A stretch of 63,461 nt of DNA, the filler included, from Asterionella formosa (taxonomy: Eukaryota), in assembly GCA_002256025.1 (NCBI GenBank). It is 19 parts of 19 records of this genome, joined end to end, with 100 filler letters (N's around TTAATTAATTAA, not from the genome) between each part and the next. Parts side by side here need not be neighbours in the genome. Positions count along the whole stretch, not along the records: positions 20,353 to 40,578 come from NKIB01003425.1; 18 more parts are not named here. One strand, written 5' to 3'. Positions 25,693 through 37,160 of this stretch are shown one piece after another. The notes below the pieces were generated by a model. The model saw nothing but the letters and a program-made list of their open reading frames with translations. It did no database searches and had not been told where the DNA came from. A program made the translations under genes and the position numbers. Within the stretch, counting starts at the first letter, position 1, and each line of letters starts with the position of its first letter.

Positions 25693-26541
25693 ATGTCTAT
25701 GCCTGGTGAGACTGATAACAAACACAACAATACTGCTACTACTACTACTGCGACGAAGACTGAGAATGACGACAAGCAACATGAAGAACAGTTACAGCTT
25801 CTAGTTGAAACAACATTGGCCATTTCCAACCTTTCCATCGTCGTCAATAAGAACGAGGACGCTGATGCGGTGAATGTTACTGCTACTATTCCAGCTATTA
25901 TTGCTTGTGATGCTGGCTATGGATTTCCATCAGAACCAAGACCTCGGAAAGAAAAAATCTTGGCTGTTGCAAAACAAATTGTTAATTTTCTTAAATGGCA
26001 AAGACAACATCAACAACATGATGTGGCAGTCGTCAAATTACTTGGATGTAATGAGGCTGATCAAAAGGCCATCAAGACTCGGATGGAGGAACTTTGGAAA
26101 GGACAGTTACCAGAAAATATGGAATTTTCGCTACAGTCCATGGAACAGTTTGCTACTGGTACTACTCATCATGGAGCAGTATACCTATCTCCCGATGCGG
26201 AAACGTCGTTGGACCCGAACAAACCTGCTCCATCGATTGTTGTTGTGGGGATGCTTATTGACAGGAGGGTTCAATTGAATCGGAGTTTGCAACGAGCTGA
26301 ATGTCTTGGAATTTTGCCAGCACGATTGCAATTGGAGAACTTTAATATTGACAACCATGAGCCCCTAAATGTGGATGTAGTGATGGAAACAATGCAACAA
26401 TGGTGGTGGAATGGGACAGGGAGAGAATCATATATGAATGCAACAGAACAAGCCATTCAACATCATTGTGAACGACATCCCAATCGACCACTTCATACTG
26501 CAACAACACAACAGCAAATAGAGGATTTAATGGAAGGATAG
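25693..26541 (+). CDS. TRM10: TRM10-type SPOUT tRNA methyltransferase domain protein
   Basis: VYLSPDAE..L, VVGMLIDR, ARLQL and PLNVDVV match the pattern of the TRM10 SAM-binding motifs. Confidence 0.75.
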   Translation: MSMPGETDNKHNNTATTTTATKTENDDKQHEEQLQLLVETTLAISNLSIVVNKNEDADAVNVTATIPAIIACDAGYGFPSEPRPRKEKILAVAKQIVNFLKWQRQHQQHDVAVVKLLGCNEADQKAIKTRMEELWKGQLPENMEFSLQSMEQFATGTTHHGAVYLSPDAETSLDPNKPAPSIVVVGMLIDRRVQLNRSLQRAECLGILPARLQLENFNIDNHEPLNVDVVMETMQQWWWNGTGRESYMNATEQAIQHHCERHPNRPLHTATTQQQIEDLMEG

Positions 26542-27303
26542 TCTCGTTCCGTCATGTTGGCTGCGCAAACTAGTGTGTGTGTGTGCTTACGAACATTGGG
26601 ACCTCCTCCCCCTCGTAGCTATAGTGTCTTGTAAGTATCCCGTCAAAGATCATAACAAATGTCACATTGGAACAACACGCCCTTCTCGCTGATCTTTGTA
26701 TACACCATTATATCCCTCCTCCTATCTGCGAACATGATGTGCAGCCATTTTTCAGTTTATGGTGCAGCAGCTCGCAAATTGGCTACAGTATACCAGTTTA
26801 TATTGGAACCATACTAGCTTGGCGAATCATTTTTGAACTCATATGCCAATTGAATATTAGTCCATTCTGCTATAATATTGGTGCAAGTCTATGTTTCGCA
26901 AGATCTTCCTCTATTATTGACTTAACTAGGATCATTGTCGAACATCACTCGACTTCAGAAATATCTCGGTTTTCCACATCTAGCTGTAACAGCTACAATA
27001 ACGCTTGTGTCGACATCTTCAATATACCTGAAACTCCAAGTTAGCAACATCAACAAATTCTACAGCATCATTTATCTTCTACCCATTCTGCTTTCATGAA
27101 TAATCATAACCACATCAATCCCAAATGAGATCGTGCCAAAAAAGGACAGTTCGAGCATGGCAATACGTTGTTGCACTCTCGCTGCCACGCCAAAGACAAA
27201 TCTATTGAGTTGGTGTATCTGGCATGCTCTACTCACAATCGTAAGAGAGATTGTTGCACTAGTCGAAGCACTTGAAATGGACCGTCAGTCTTGCTTGAAA
27301 CAT

Positions 27304-28989
27304 CTATTGAAGAGGAACACCCTCAAACCAACGAGTATCCAAACGATCACTTTGCATGTTCCGCGCCTTCATGGCGGAAATCACTCCCATAGCATGGACC
27401 TGTCCGATATCTCGATAGGATGTTACCGAATGATGGATCAAATCTCGCATCGGATCATAATTCAACCTTGCATACGTCATTTCAAAGACTGGAATTATAC
27501 CATCTACAAGCCGACCAAGTCGTCTGTGAATGCATCCCGACACGTATTCAATATTGAAATTGTGTACTCCCCTCCAACCCTGCAGCGGTTCATGTATCAA
27601 GTCAGACGTTACTGCTGTCGTTGTTTGTATCAGGACAATGTGCTTGTCGTATAAATTTGGAAAATGCTCCTTACAATTGTGTAGCAGGCTTTCAATTGCA
27701 GTTATAATGTTATTCCAACCTTCACGTGTTTCATACACAAAGATCCATGTTGGAATGGCAATGATTGTAGCATTGTACATGCCAAGACCGAGCAGCCCAG
27801 TACAGGAGCTGAGCGATCCTTGTCTGAATGCGTTCGAAATGCCATCCTGATCATTCTTGAAATCAACACCAAGATATACAGCTCGAAAGAACTGATAGAC
27901 AACGTTGAATGTATGTGTGCGATTGGGGCAGTTGTACTTGTGATCGAATACCTCCTTAGTGCTGAATCCAGGGCACATCATCTTAACCCAGCTCTCCAAT
28001 ATAAAATCGCCATGGCTGTCCTGCAAGTACTTGATTCTCATACCTCGAAGTCTTTCACTGAGCTCATCGAGTCCCTTGTATCCAAAGTTACACCTCGACG
28101 ATGCAAAAGACCACTTGACAAGTGAATTATGATCGGCGTTCTGAAACACTCCCACAGGAGCCCATAGTGGCACCGGCACCTCGGAGCAATCTGGTAGCTC
28201 CTTTCTTGGAGGTACTACATGCTTGTTGTCTCTGTTTTCAAACACAAACGTGAAAGGCTTTCCTGGAATGGCTTCGAGATGGTTTTGAAGATAGTCCAAT
28301 CTATCCTCTCCGACGCGTTCCATTACCTCCGCCACGCTGAGCGTACCACTATCAATACGCGACTTTGTATTGTAAGCCCAATCAACGTCACTGATTCGAT
28401 TGGTGTAGTAACGTCTATGGGACGTCCAGTGCAGGTCGATGGATACTGTTTTGCTGCCTTCAATGACTGGTACTGTCGCCTTGTAGATACCGCATCCGTC
28501 CCTGACGGCAAACCTTGGGCCCACTGAGCCCATAAAATGGCTATCCTCCGTCGAAGCAGAGATTCTGAAGGTAGATGCTTCATATTGGACAGGGCATTCG
28601 GATATTTCAAAATATACAAAAGGGACAAAGGAGTTTGTCGATTCCGCTTTGAATTGCGCACCGCCGTGGCGCTCCAATTGGCAGTAGAAGGAGTCAAGTT
28701 TTACATGAAAATAGGTTGCCGCTGTCGGTTCGTCAGTTGTCGAATTCATCAACTCTTGGATGCTGCATGGGAGTATCTCAATGTCAGTGCCGTTGTCTCT
28801 GCTGAACAAGGTGTCCCCAATGGCCATTAGTTGCTGCTGTCTCTGATTGGAAATGTCCACACATAAAGTCGAACTTCTGAAGAATGATGTCGCGAGTAAA
28901 GCAAGAGGAGTTACCAGGAGGACAATAGGGTTTAGCGTCCGTCGATTTCTCCATTGTTTGGGTACCGGTATTGAGACATGGACCGACAT
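27304..28989 (-). CDS. Type II membrane protein with C-terminal SGNH/PC-esterase (TBL-like) domain
   Basis: From ATG 28989: basic N-terminus plus TM segment (PIVLLVTPLALLATSFF); WSFASSRC, LRGMRIKYLQDSHG (GDS-like block) and RDLIHH (DxxH). Confidence 0.6.
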   Translation of the reverse strand: MSVHVSIPVPKQWRNRRTLNPIVLLVTPLALLATSFFRSSTLCVDISNQRQQQLMAIGDTLFSRDNGTDIEILPCSIQELMNSTTDEPTAATYFHVKLDSFYCQLERHGGAQFKAESTNSFVPFVYFEISECPVQYEASTFRISASTEDSHFMGSVGPRFAVRDGCGIYKATVPVIEGSKTVSIDLHWTSHRRYYTNRISDVDWAYNTKSRIDSGTLSVAEVMERVGEDRLDYLQNHLEAIPGKPFTFVFENRDNKHVVPPRKELPDCSEVPVPLWAPVGVFQNADHNSLVKWSFASSRCNFGYKGLDELSERLRGMRIKYLQDSHGDFILESWVKMMCPGFSTKEVFDHKYNCPNRTHTFNVVYQFFRAVYLGVDFKNDQDGISNAFRQGSLSSCTGLLGLGMYNATIIAIPTWIFVYETREGWNNIITAIESLLHNCKEHFPNLYDKHIVLIQTTTAVTSDLIHEPLQGWRGVHNFNIEYVSGCIHRRLGRLVDGIIPVFEMTYARLNYDPMRDLIHHSVTSYRDIGQVHAMGVISAMKARNMQSDRLDTRWFEGVPLQ

Positions 28990-30222
28990 TTCGATGTGTA
29001 TCGATGTGTCAAGGTTTGGGACATTCAGTACCTGGTACCTGGTACAATGGTGCAACAATGATGGAAGCTGGGCACATTATACAATGTTGTTGTCCCACGC
29101 ACATTCATCGTTCGCGTTCATCATCATACATATTTCTGTTGAACGCACGGAGTGGCGAACTACCGGTATGTATCAGGAATCAATTTTTGAATTTATGAAA
29201 ATTTTCGAGGTCAAATATATATACCGGTACGGTACCAGTATTCCTACCATTTTTATAAATTTAAATATAGTTAGAGAGATTGAATACAAAAATGCTATAA
29301 ATTTATATACAACCATATAATTATAAGCGATGACAATATTCATGTACCGGTATATTGTATGACCGCATATGAGCTTATTGCACCTATTTTACCCAAGCAA
29401 CACATTTGTCCACCATGCTATGTGTATACCGGTGTACCGGTAGCGACACAACAATCCTTGATTCCAGAACAAAATGCACCAAAAAATTACCTGTGTGCTG
29501 TGGCAGCCGGTCACTGCCTAATAGGACTCTCATTTATACACACAGTACAATCAATTCACATTGCCCTCTATGTAGTATTTGGGTGTCCCTTGGCCTAATG
29601 CATTCCTATATTAATACCCAGTCAGTACAGGAGCCTGTTTACCACTATTGGGAAAGTCTGATTGCAAAGTACATGGCTGGCTGGTGACCAACTTTGACTA
29701 CCCAGCAAAACTTAACAGACTAAAAAACATTGATAATGAGGGAAAATAGACACTATTACTGATCCTGTGCCATACCCAAGAACCCTTCCATCTCTACATG
29801 AAATCCAACAATTTCCTGTAGGATGCTATATTCCTAGCTAGAAGGATTGCAACCCAACAAAAGTCTCTACCTTCTTAATTGAGTTTAAAAATGGTGAAGC
29901 AAAAAGCGCCAGCATATATACTTGCATTTCTATGGATGTGATGAAAAGGCAAACGAGCTTTTAGCAAAGAATTATGAATGTTGACACAAATGTATAACTA
30001 TGCATTTATCATGATTTTGTTTTCTGTTGATCTACAATCTTGCCAAGGGTATGTTAATCAGGATTCCCAGCAGTGTAATGGCTGATACTGCAAGGCTGAT
30101 ACCTATGTCTTATTTGATACCAAATGCCAGTGAATGAATGTATTGATGACAGTAAATGGATTGAGGAGGAGAGTAAAGGGTGCTAATGGCTTGGACAGCG
30201 TTAATGGGGATATTTGCGGATC

Positions 30223-32022
30223 CTAAAAGCATTTGGTGCAACATGTTGATGCATCGCATTTCAACTCAGGAGATGGCCCTTTACAATCAGCAGTGAGGTT
30301 AAGGAGATAAATCCAATCCTCAGGACCAGTTGACACTCTTAAGTTGCAAATGGTATCTGGCATAGAGCCTATCAAATCATTGGAATTAAGAAACAATCGT
30401 TCCAAATTTACCAAGTTTCCCAATGAAGTAGGAATGGTTCCATTGAGCTTGTTGGAGCTCAAATCCATAACGTACAGATAGCTAAGTTTGCCCAATGACA
30501 CAGGAATTTTTCCATTAAGCTTGTTGAAACTCAGATCCATAAGGTATAGATTGCTAAGTTTGCCCAATGACTCAGGAATTTTTCCGTTAAGCTTGTTGAA
30601 ACTCAGATCTAAGTATGACAGACCACTGAGATTGCCCAAGGTTATAGGGATTGGTTGATTGAGTTGGTTGGAACTGAAATCCATAGAGTAAAGCGAGGAA
30701 AGTCTGCCCACAGTCACAGGGATAGCTCCATTGAGCTTATTGGAAGTCAAATTTAAGACTTGCAGATTGCTGAGAGTACCCAATGTAATAGGAATAGTTC
30801 CACTAAGTTTGTTGGAACTCAAATCCAAATTATACAAACTTTTGATCTGACCCAAGGTAATAGGAATAGTTCCATTAAGTTTGTTGGAACTCAAATCCAT
30901 GTTATACAACCTTTTCATCTGACCCAATGTACTAGGGATTTTTCCATTGATTTGGTTGGAATTCAAATATAGTCCATACAATCCCTTCATCTGGCCCAAT
31001 GCATTAGGGATTGGTCCAGAGAGCCGATTATGGTGCAAATAAAGGTATTCCAGAAAAAGAATATTCTTCAATGCACCAGGAATGGGTCCATTAAGACGAT
31101 TAAATGAAAGATCCAGCCAAGACACATTGAGATTTCCCAATGCACTAGGAATGGGTCCATTGAGGTTATTAAATGAAAGATCCAACTGGGACAAAAGGCT
31201 GAGATGTCCCAATGCAGAAGGGATCCTTCCTGTGATATCGAAATTCCTTGACAAATCAATGGATAACAATTTGGTTAGCTTGCCCAATTCAGAAGGAATA
31301 TTTCCAGCAAGATTATTCCATGTCAAATCCAGGGAGGTCAATTGGCTGAGAAGGCCCAGTTCGGAAGGAATGATTCCAGCAAGATGATTGTAGCTGAAAG
31401 AAAGAGATGTCAATGTTTTGCTCAATTGAGGAGGAATGGATCCTCTAAGAGAATTGAAAGACAAATTCATCTCAGTCAGCCTAGTGAGCATGCTGAATTC
31501 ACTAGGAATGGTTCCAACAAGGTGATTAGAATACAATGTCATGAAGGCCAGTCTGGTGAGCTTGCTCAAAGTATGAGGAATTGTACCAGTGAGATCATTC
31601 CAGCTCAAATCCAACGATGTTAAATGAATGAGCTTTCCCAAATCACTAGGAATTGATCCTGAAATAATATTACTGCCTAAATCGAGATGCAAAAGGTTTG
31701 TGAGTTTTCCCAGTTCACGTGGAATACTCCTCTTGACATTACGCAGTTCCATGGAGGTCAAATGAGTTAGTCCAACAATGGACTGTGGGATTTGTTTAGG
31801 ATTCTGGCCAAAGTCTCGTTGAAAGGATGTAACATTGCAAGCAATCTTATTTCCAAACAAAGTTACATGGTTGGTTGCATCACAGGCCTTCACGCATGCT
31901 CCAGTGGCTTTGCTGATGTAGTATCCTGGTCTTTCTGCGCAAGTGACAAGAATTCGTGCCTTAACAGGCACAGCAACCATGGCAGAAAGGTAGAAGAGTA
32001 AATCAAACAGTAGGAGGTTCAT
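30223..32022 (-). CDS. Secreted leucine-rich repeat protein (plant-type 24-aa LRRs) with Cys-rich caps
   Basis: Signal-like N-terminus from ATG 32022; about 20 repeats of LxxLxxLDLSxNxLxGxIPxxLG; C-cap ADC...C...CC..CF; no TM or kinase domain. Confidence 0.9.
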   Translation of the reverse strand: MNLLLFDLLFYLSAMVAVPVKARILVTCAERPGYYISKATGACVKACDATNHVTLFGNKIACNVTSFQRDFGQNPKQIPQSIVGLTHLTSMELRNVKRSIPRELGKLTNLLHLDLGSNIISGSIPSDLGKLIHLTSLDLSWNDLTGTIPHTLSKLTRLAFMTLYSNHLVGTIPSEFSMLTRLTEMNLSFNSLRGSIPPQLSKTLTSLSFSYNHLAGIIPSELGLLSQLTSLDLTWNNLAGNIPSELGKLTKLLSIDLSRNFDITGRIPSALGHLSLLSQLDLSFNNLNGPIPSALGNLNVSWLDLSFNRLNGPIPGALKNILFLEYLYLHHNRLSGPIPNALGQMKGLYGLYLNSNQINGKIPSTLGQMKRLYNMDLSSNKLNGTIPITLGQIKSLYNLDLSSNKLSGTIPITLGTLSNLQVLNLTSNKLNGAIPVTVGRLSSLYSMDFSSNQLNQPIPITLGNLSGLSYLDLSFNKLNGKIPESLGKLSNLYLMDLSFNKLNGKIPVSLGKLSYLYVMDLSSNKLNGTIPTSLGNLVNLERLFLNSNDLIGSMPDTICNLRVSTGPEDWIYLLNLTADCKGPSPELKCDASTCCTKCF

Positions 32023-32702
32023 AATGCTATCATTCAATGATATGAGAAGATGATGTGATGAAATTTGCAAAACAGCAGTTCACGAGGTTGGAACGTCTAA
32101 AGTCGAGAAATTATGAGCTGATCATCAAGCAGCTTTGCCGGGCGATTTGTAGTCCGTATTTGCAACTCTTCGAGGTGTTCTCAATGTTTTATTTCATTCG
32201 CAAAAGTGGCATGGACGCTCGTTCATTGTTGGTACAGCAACAAAAGCAAAAGCGAATACCTTGCTTTATGTGTGACAACTGAATGCCGGACCTTTCTATT
32301 CTTGACTGCATTGTTCTTCGATATCATCTTTGCCATACCATATACCAAAAATATAAGATTAAAAGCGAATGCGTTGACACCGGTATCAATGCACATTGGT
32401 AGGAGCGATGTAGGTTTGGGAGAAGAGTCGTGGAGGGCGTGAGAAGTACCTCAGCGAACTCCCATCATGCCGAGGGTTCGTTTTTTCTTATTCGTGACAT
32501 CAGAGCGAAAACTCATTGATTTGACATTCAGGGCACCGATAGCTGTGGTAAAGGTAGCTATAGAGACAGGACGGCCACTGTTGGGGTATGACGCCACAGG
32601 GAACAGAACCATCACGCTCATACTAATCCCAAGGTGCCACAATTTAAAGAAAAATGATTGTCAAGAATAAAATGCATACCGGTAAAATCGATACTCCAGA
32701 TA

Positions 32703-33932
32703 CTGGGCGCGCTCTGATATTAAAAGATTATTATATAATGTGCACTATAACACAAATCGTTGTACTCATAACCCCAAAATTTGGTCAACACAAACACAAA
32801 TTTTTTACAGTAATATAAATTACAGTGTATAATAAAAGTAGAGAAATAGGCATGAATGACTACATATAATTTCCTGTAATAATTCAAGACTAGCTTGCTC
32901 ATACCCGAAATGGCTTGCTCTTACCAAAAAAGATGTCAGTATGCATAGTATTCATACTGACATTAATCATCCTAAAGGTATCATCAATCGTCTGCTTCCA
33001 GTTTTGTTGTGATCAAGTCTTCTTGCTCACAATTCACCTGCAATGCAATCATAGTGGTCGCAGCCACTATCAATTCATGTGCAATGTCTGCACTGATTGA
33101 TGACTATAAGGCGAAATGAAGAAACTGAGCACATTACATCATTCTATGCATTTGTTGTTGTTAGCTTTAATGTCACTACATCATCAACACTGCCATAAAC
33201 TAAAATGCATGTTACTCTAGTATCCTTTGTACAATGACTTCCGCATGGAACTTATTTTCCAGACAAAACAAATTCCACTGAATTTCTCTGCTGGTAACTC
33301 ATCATCTCCATCTACAAGCTGCGATACATTTGGATTTGCTGCCAATTTTTCTCGCAACTGTTGAAATTGATTTTCAATGTCATCAAAAACTGGACTGATT
33401 TTACCTCCGTCCCCATGGGAATCGATACAATTTTGTCATTGAAAGTCAGGAATAAGTTGGGCTTGCTACCAATCGCTCTCAGCTTTGATGAATTGATTTT
33501 TAATTTCATCGAAAACTTGATTGATTTCACCTCCATTCCTATTGGGATTGATAAGAACTTGTCGTTGAAGAGCGGGAATAGGTTGGTCTCAGTCCATAGC
33601 ATGGGCAAACAAACGATGCAATTTACTCTGGCAGTCTTCGTTTTGGAGTGTAAAGTTGCTCTTGGAGGGCCTTACCTCGTTATGAAAGTTCTGTTGGCCT
33701 GATTTGAGGATCAAAGGCTTGCTTCTTGAGAAAAGCTGAGATTTCTAAGTCTCTGTTTAATGTTTTAAGTTCACTTGTGGTATCATCCTTGTCATTAAAT
33801 GTCAGATAACTAATATAAAATATCTTGATTATCAGAGCGTGACGACGTTATTATGTATCAACTTGCCAAAATAATTTGTGTTATAATATGCACATGATAA
33901 AAAAATAATTTTTTATATCAGAGCGCCCCCAG
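32703..33932. mobile_element. Non-autonomous TIR DNA transposon (probably PIF/Harbinger-related), both ends present
   Basis: Left CTGGGCGCGCTCTGATAT and right reverse complement CTGGGGGCGCTCTGATAT; the imperfect inverted repeat extends about 60 bp; TA on both flanks. The interior has a decayed minus-strand coding remnant with a tandem duplication of about 120 bp (around 33350-33600). Confidence 0.78.
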
Positions 33933-34147
33933 TACATCCAGATGACGATGTACCATGAAATTTATGGGGCTTCTTCCTAGCGCGCTCAAGTACTGCCCTG
34001 GAATGACTGGTCAAGATCTTTCTCCTGCCGCTCGTTTGCATATTATTCTGCTATATAAATACTCGTCTGTAAAAAAAACCGTTAGGCCTAACAGTTTTGC
34101 TGTAAGACCCACTGCCCCAAAAATTCTCAGTATGACGTATTATTTTT

Positions 34148-34243
34148 TGATTGATCATACAAAAAAGCTGATTGATCATACAGAATTACTGATTGATCAT
34201 ACAGAAATACTGATTGATCATACAAAAAAACTGATTGATATCA
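34148..34243. repeat. 21-bp tandem repeat, about 4.5 copies (TGATTGATCATACA-core), probably TE subterminal
   Basis: Copies start at 34148, 34169, 34190, 34211 and 34232. Confidence 0.85.
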
Positions 34244-34559
34244 ACTAACGTTTTGGTGTTCGATCTAAAGATAGTAAGTGTGAGATCAAATCAGTTATTC
34301 ATTCGGTCTAACCTTTGGAATGCTAATATCAAATAGAATTTTTAGCTTTCGATCTAACGTTCATTACTACTGATCTAACTTGTTATTTCTCTCATGGATC
34401 AAACCTATTATCATGTTCGACCAATGATGAAGACAAATCGAATTAAATGGATTGCTATTTAATACTCAAATATTCTACTTCTGGTCACCCATACTTTCCA
34501 CTGTGCATCCTCTATCAGAATGAGCACACAGTGGTCTTCAATACCTTAATTTTCACTTC

Positions 34560-36290
34560 CGGTAGCTATGTTTAGATCATTGCCTTTTCAAAATGAAATG
34601 AGAGAGTAAACGAAATTGATGATGCTTCATTCGAACCTCTACCATTGCGAATGGCAGCAAGTCACATTCTCCAATGTTCTTGTACGACTTTCCTGTAAGA
34701 GATAATAACAACAATGTTAGCAAAACTGTTGCATCAAGCAAGTAAGCAAGGCATCTAAACGAAGATATGTGCAACAAAACGATCACATGAACAATCCATC
34801 ACTCCAATTTCCGTATGAGCAGGCAATGTGCATATAACTTACCTGTGCTCTCATGGTTGATTGTTGCTTCCATTAAGAATGGTAGCAAGCCATATTTTCC
34901 AAGGTTCATGTATGATTTTGAGGAGATATATCAATGTTAGCAAAAGTGTTGCAACGATTAAAGCATCTCCAGCCACCCTTCCCTTCTTCCACTTGTTTCA
35001 ATATCCGGTCGGCACATGACGTGGCTACAGTGAAACTGTACCTATTACTACGCTGGTACTGTGAAATTGTAGGTTTGCCCTCGTCTGCAAATAAAAAGTA
35101 TCGTACATATAAGATCAGGGGTATCGTACGATAACTGGCACAGAATTTTTCTGTGCATGATACGCGTTTTGTTATTTGTGTTACAGGTACACACTTTATA
35201 TATGAATATTTGATAAGCATGTTTATACTTATAATAATTGATCATATTGTTCTAATATTGATCCGTATTGACTCATAATGGTAACCACAAAGTAATCATA
35301 CAAATACAGTAAATGAGTAACAGCAATTCAAGTCGAAATCACTACTTCTCTTTTTAATTGTAAATTGCTCTTCTCATGACCATGAATTACTAATTGTACT
35401 TACAAGACCATCATCGATTTACCTTAGCTACATCCTCTATTGTGTATTTGTTCATCTTATAGCCATATTATTGCCATCGTATCTCTATGAAGTATTTGTC
35501 CAAAATATTTGGAAACGGATTGTAATTTAACTACTAAATTTAGAATTGTTTCAATCTATCTATAGAAACAGTTATCTCACACCGTCTCACTCCTGTTCAT
35601 TCTCTTGTCTGCTTCTTCCCTGCTAGCCCGTTTCTGACACAACTGTAACTGCCAACGTCGTCTTTTCCCTTGTACTTGTCTGATTCCGAAGGATGAACTG
35701 ATGTCGCTGATAGCGGCGGGTTGGCTCTCCTCATTCCCTTCTACTCCGTATCAGAGCTTTCCTTCATTATTAGTATTCATGTTAATGTTGTAACAACTGC
35801 GAAGCAAATACATGTTAGTCATATTATTTTTATGCAACAACATGCAGTTCCATTCTATTTTCACTTACCGTGAATAGATGTATTCCATCACACAGGTTTT
35901 CCCATCACAATGTGTCCAACGATTCATTTCTATTGTTCACTGTATTAACTAATGGGAAGGAATTGTGTGTTAGGCTTGTCTTGTCTAGCTTTTAATACAA
36001 CAGGCAGTTCCAATCATGATGATATGGTCATTTACCGCAACAATATTACAAATCCATGTTCAGTTCTTTCCATATTCCTCAATAAATCGTGAAGTCATTG
36101 ATGTTCAGAACTTCCCTATACTCTTTGTATACAATTACCCTGATAGATATAAAAGGATGTGTTACTTATGTTCTAACGGGTGATTCTTGTGAGCATTGAT
36201 CCAACGACAGCACTTACCGCGACCGTCATTTATTCACATTTAATTTGTCCCCGAAAGTATGCATATACAGGTAAGCAAATAAACACTTGA
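34560..36290 (-). pseudogene. Decayed intron-containing gene of unknown function
   Basis: Well-formed minus-strand intron 35797-35868 (GTAAGT donor, GACTAAC branch, CAG acceptor) and further GTAAG donors near 36218 and 34842, but the exons contain stops. Confidence 0.35.
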
Positions 36291-36312
36291 AGAGAATGCA
36301 CGCATTGAAGTT

Positions 36313-36826
36313 CTGGGCGCGCTCTGATAATAAAAAATTATTATATCATGTGTATTATAACACAAATCGTTGTACCCATAACCCCAAAATTTGTGTTTGT
36401 GTTCACCAAATTTGGTAAACCTGGTAGGCGCCCGAGGTGCTTACCAGGTTTACCAAATTTGGTCAACACAAACACAAATTTTTTACAGTTATAAATAACA
36501 GTGCATTATATAAAAAGATGTTTAGACATGAATGACTATATAGAATTTCCCGGAATATTTCAAGACTTGCTTGCTCATACTCAAAATGGCTTGCTCTTGC
36601 CAAAATAGGTATGCATATACATATGCATATCGTTACATATGAATCAACCTCCTCAAAAAAACGATCGTCATCGCTTTGAGATTTCGGCCATGTCTTCATC
36701 TTCTTCTGGTTATAAAGGAGAGCAGCCAGGGAGGGCTTCCCTTCCTCTCCAAGGCTGCTTGAATGTCGCAGTCACCAGCAACAAGAACAACAACAGGTGT
36801 TTCTCAGATTGGTGTTTCTGGGGTTA
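36313..36826 (+). mobile_element. Left end of the CTGGGCGCGCTCTGATA-TIR element family, internally deleted
   Basis: Near-identical to the reverse complement of 44890-45499. Includes the long hairpin and a truncated MSSSSSG ORF start. Confidence 0.8.
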
Positions 36827-37160
36827 ATTTAAATAGTAACCCTTTTGACTATGTATATTTAATTATTATATGTACTGTTTCCATTAGATTGCTGTATTTG
36901 AATTTCTTGGTAGGATAATGTACCAGCTAAAGTAATGTAATTTGGCTCGTCATCACTCCGATTTTTGCAACAACAACGAAATACTAGCGACGACAAGTGG
37001 AATGATTGTTTGCAATAACAACGTCTTCATTGTTGGTCAAGTGATCATTATATCTTTGAGTAATCGTCATGTGCAGTGAACCTATGTTCATAATCATTCA
37101 ATTAATAGTTTACAGAGAAGAAATCATTCGAACTCGGAATGGTTCCGCACACAGCGCACA

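Noticed and set aside
23363..32070. Long N-terminal extensions in track ORFs (24817, 29058, 32070; also 16136, 6939 and 945)
   Set aside because: These start at non-ATG codons in UTR, promoter or intron sequence; downstream ATGs or spliced exons give sensible N-termini.
34148..34243. CRISPR-like array
   Set aside because: Period is 21 bp with only about 7 variable, mutually similar bases; no spacer-length uniques and no cas genes. The same applies to 56981-57050.
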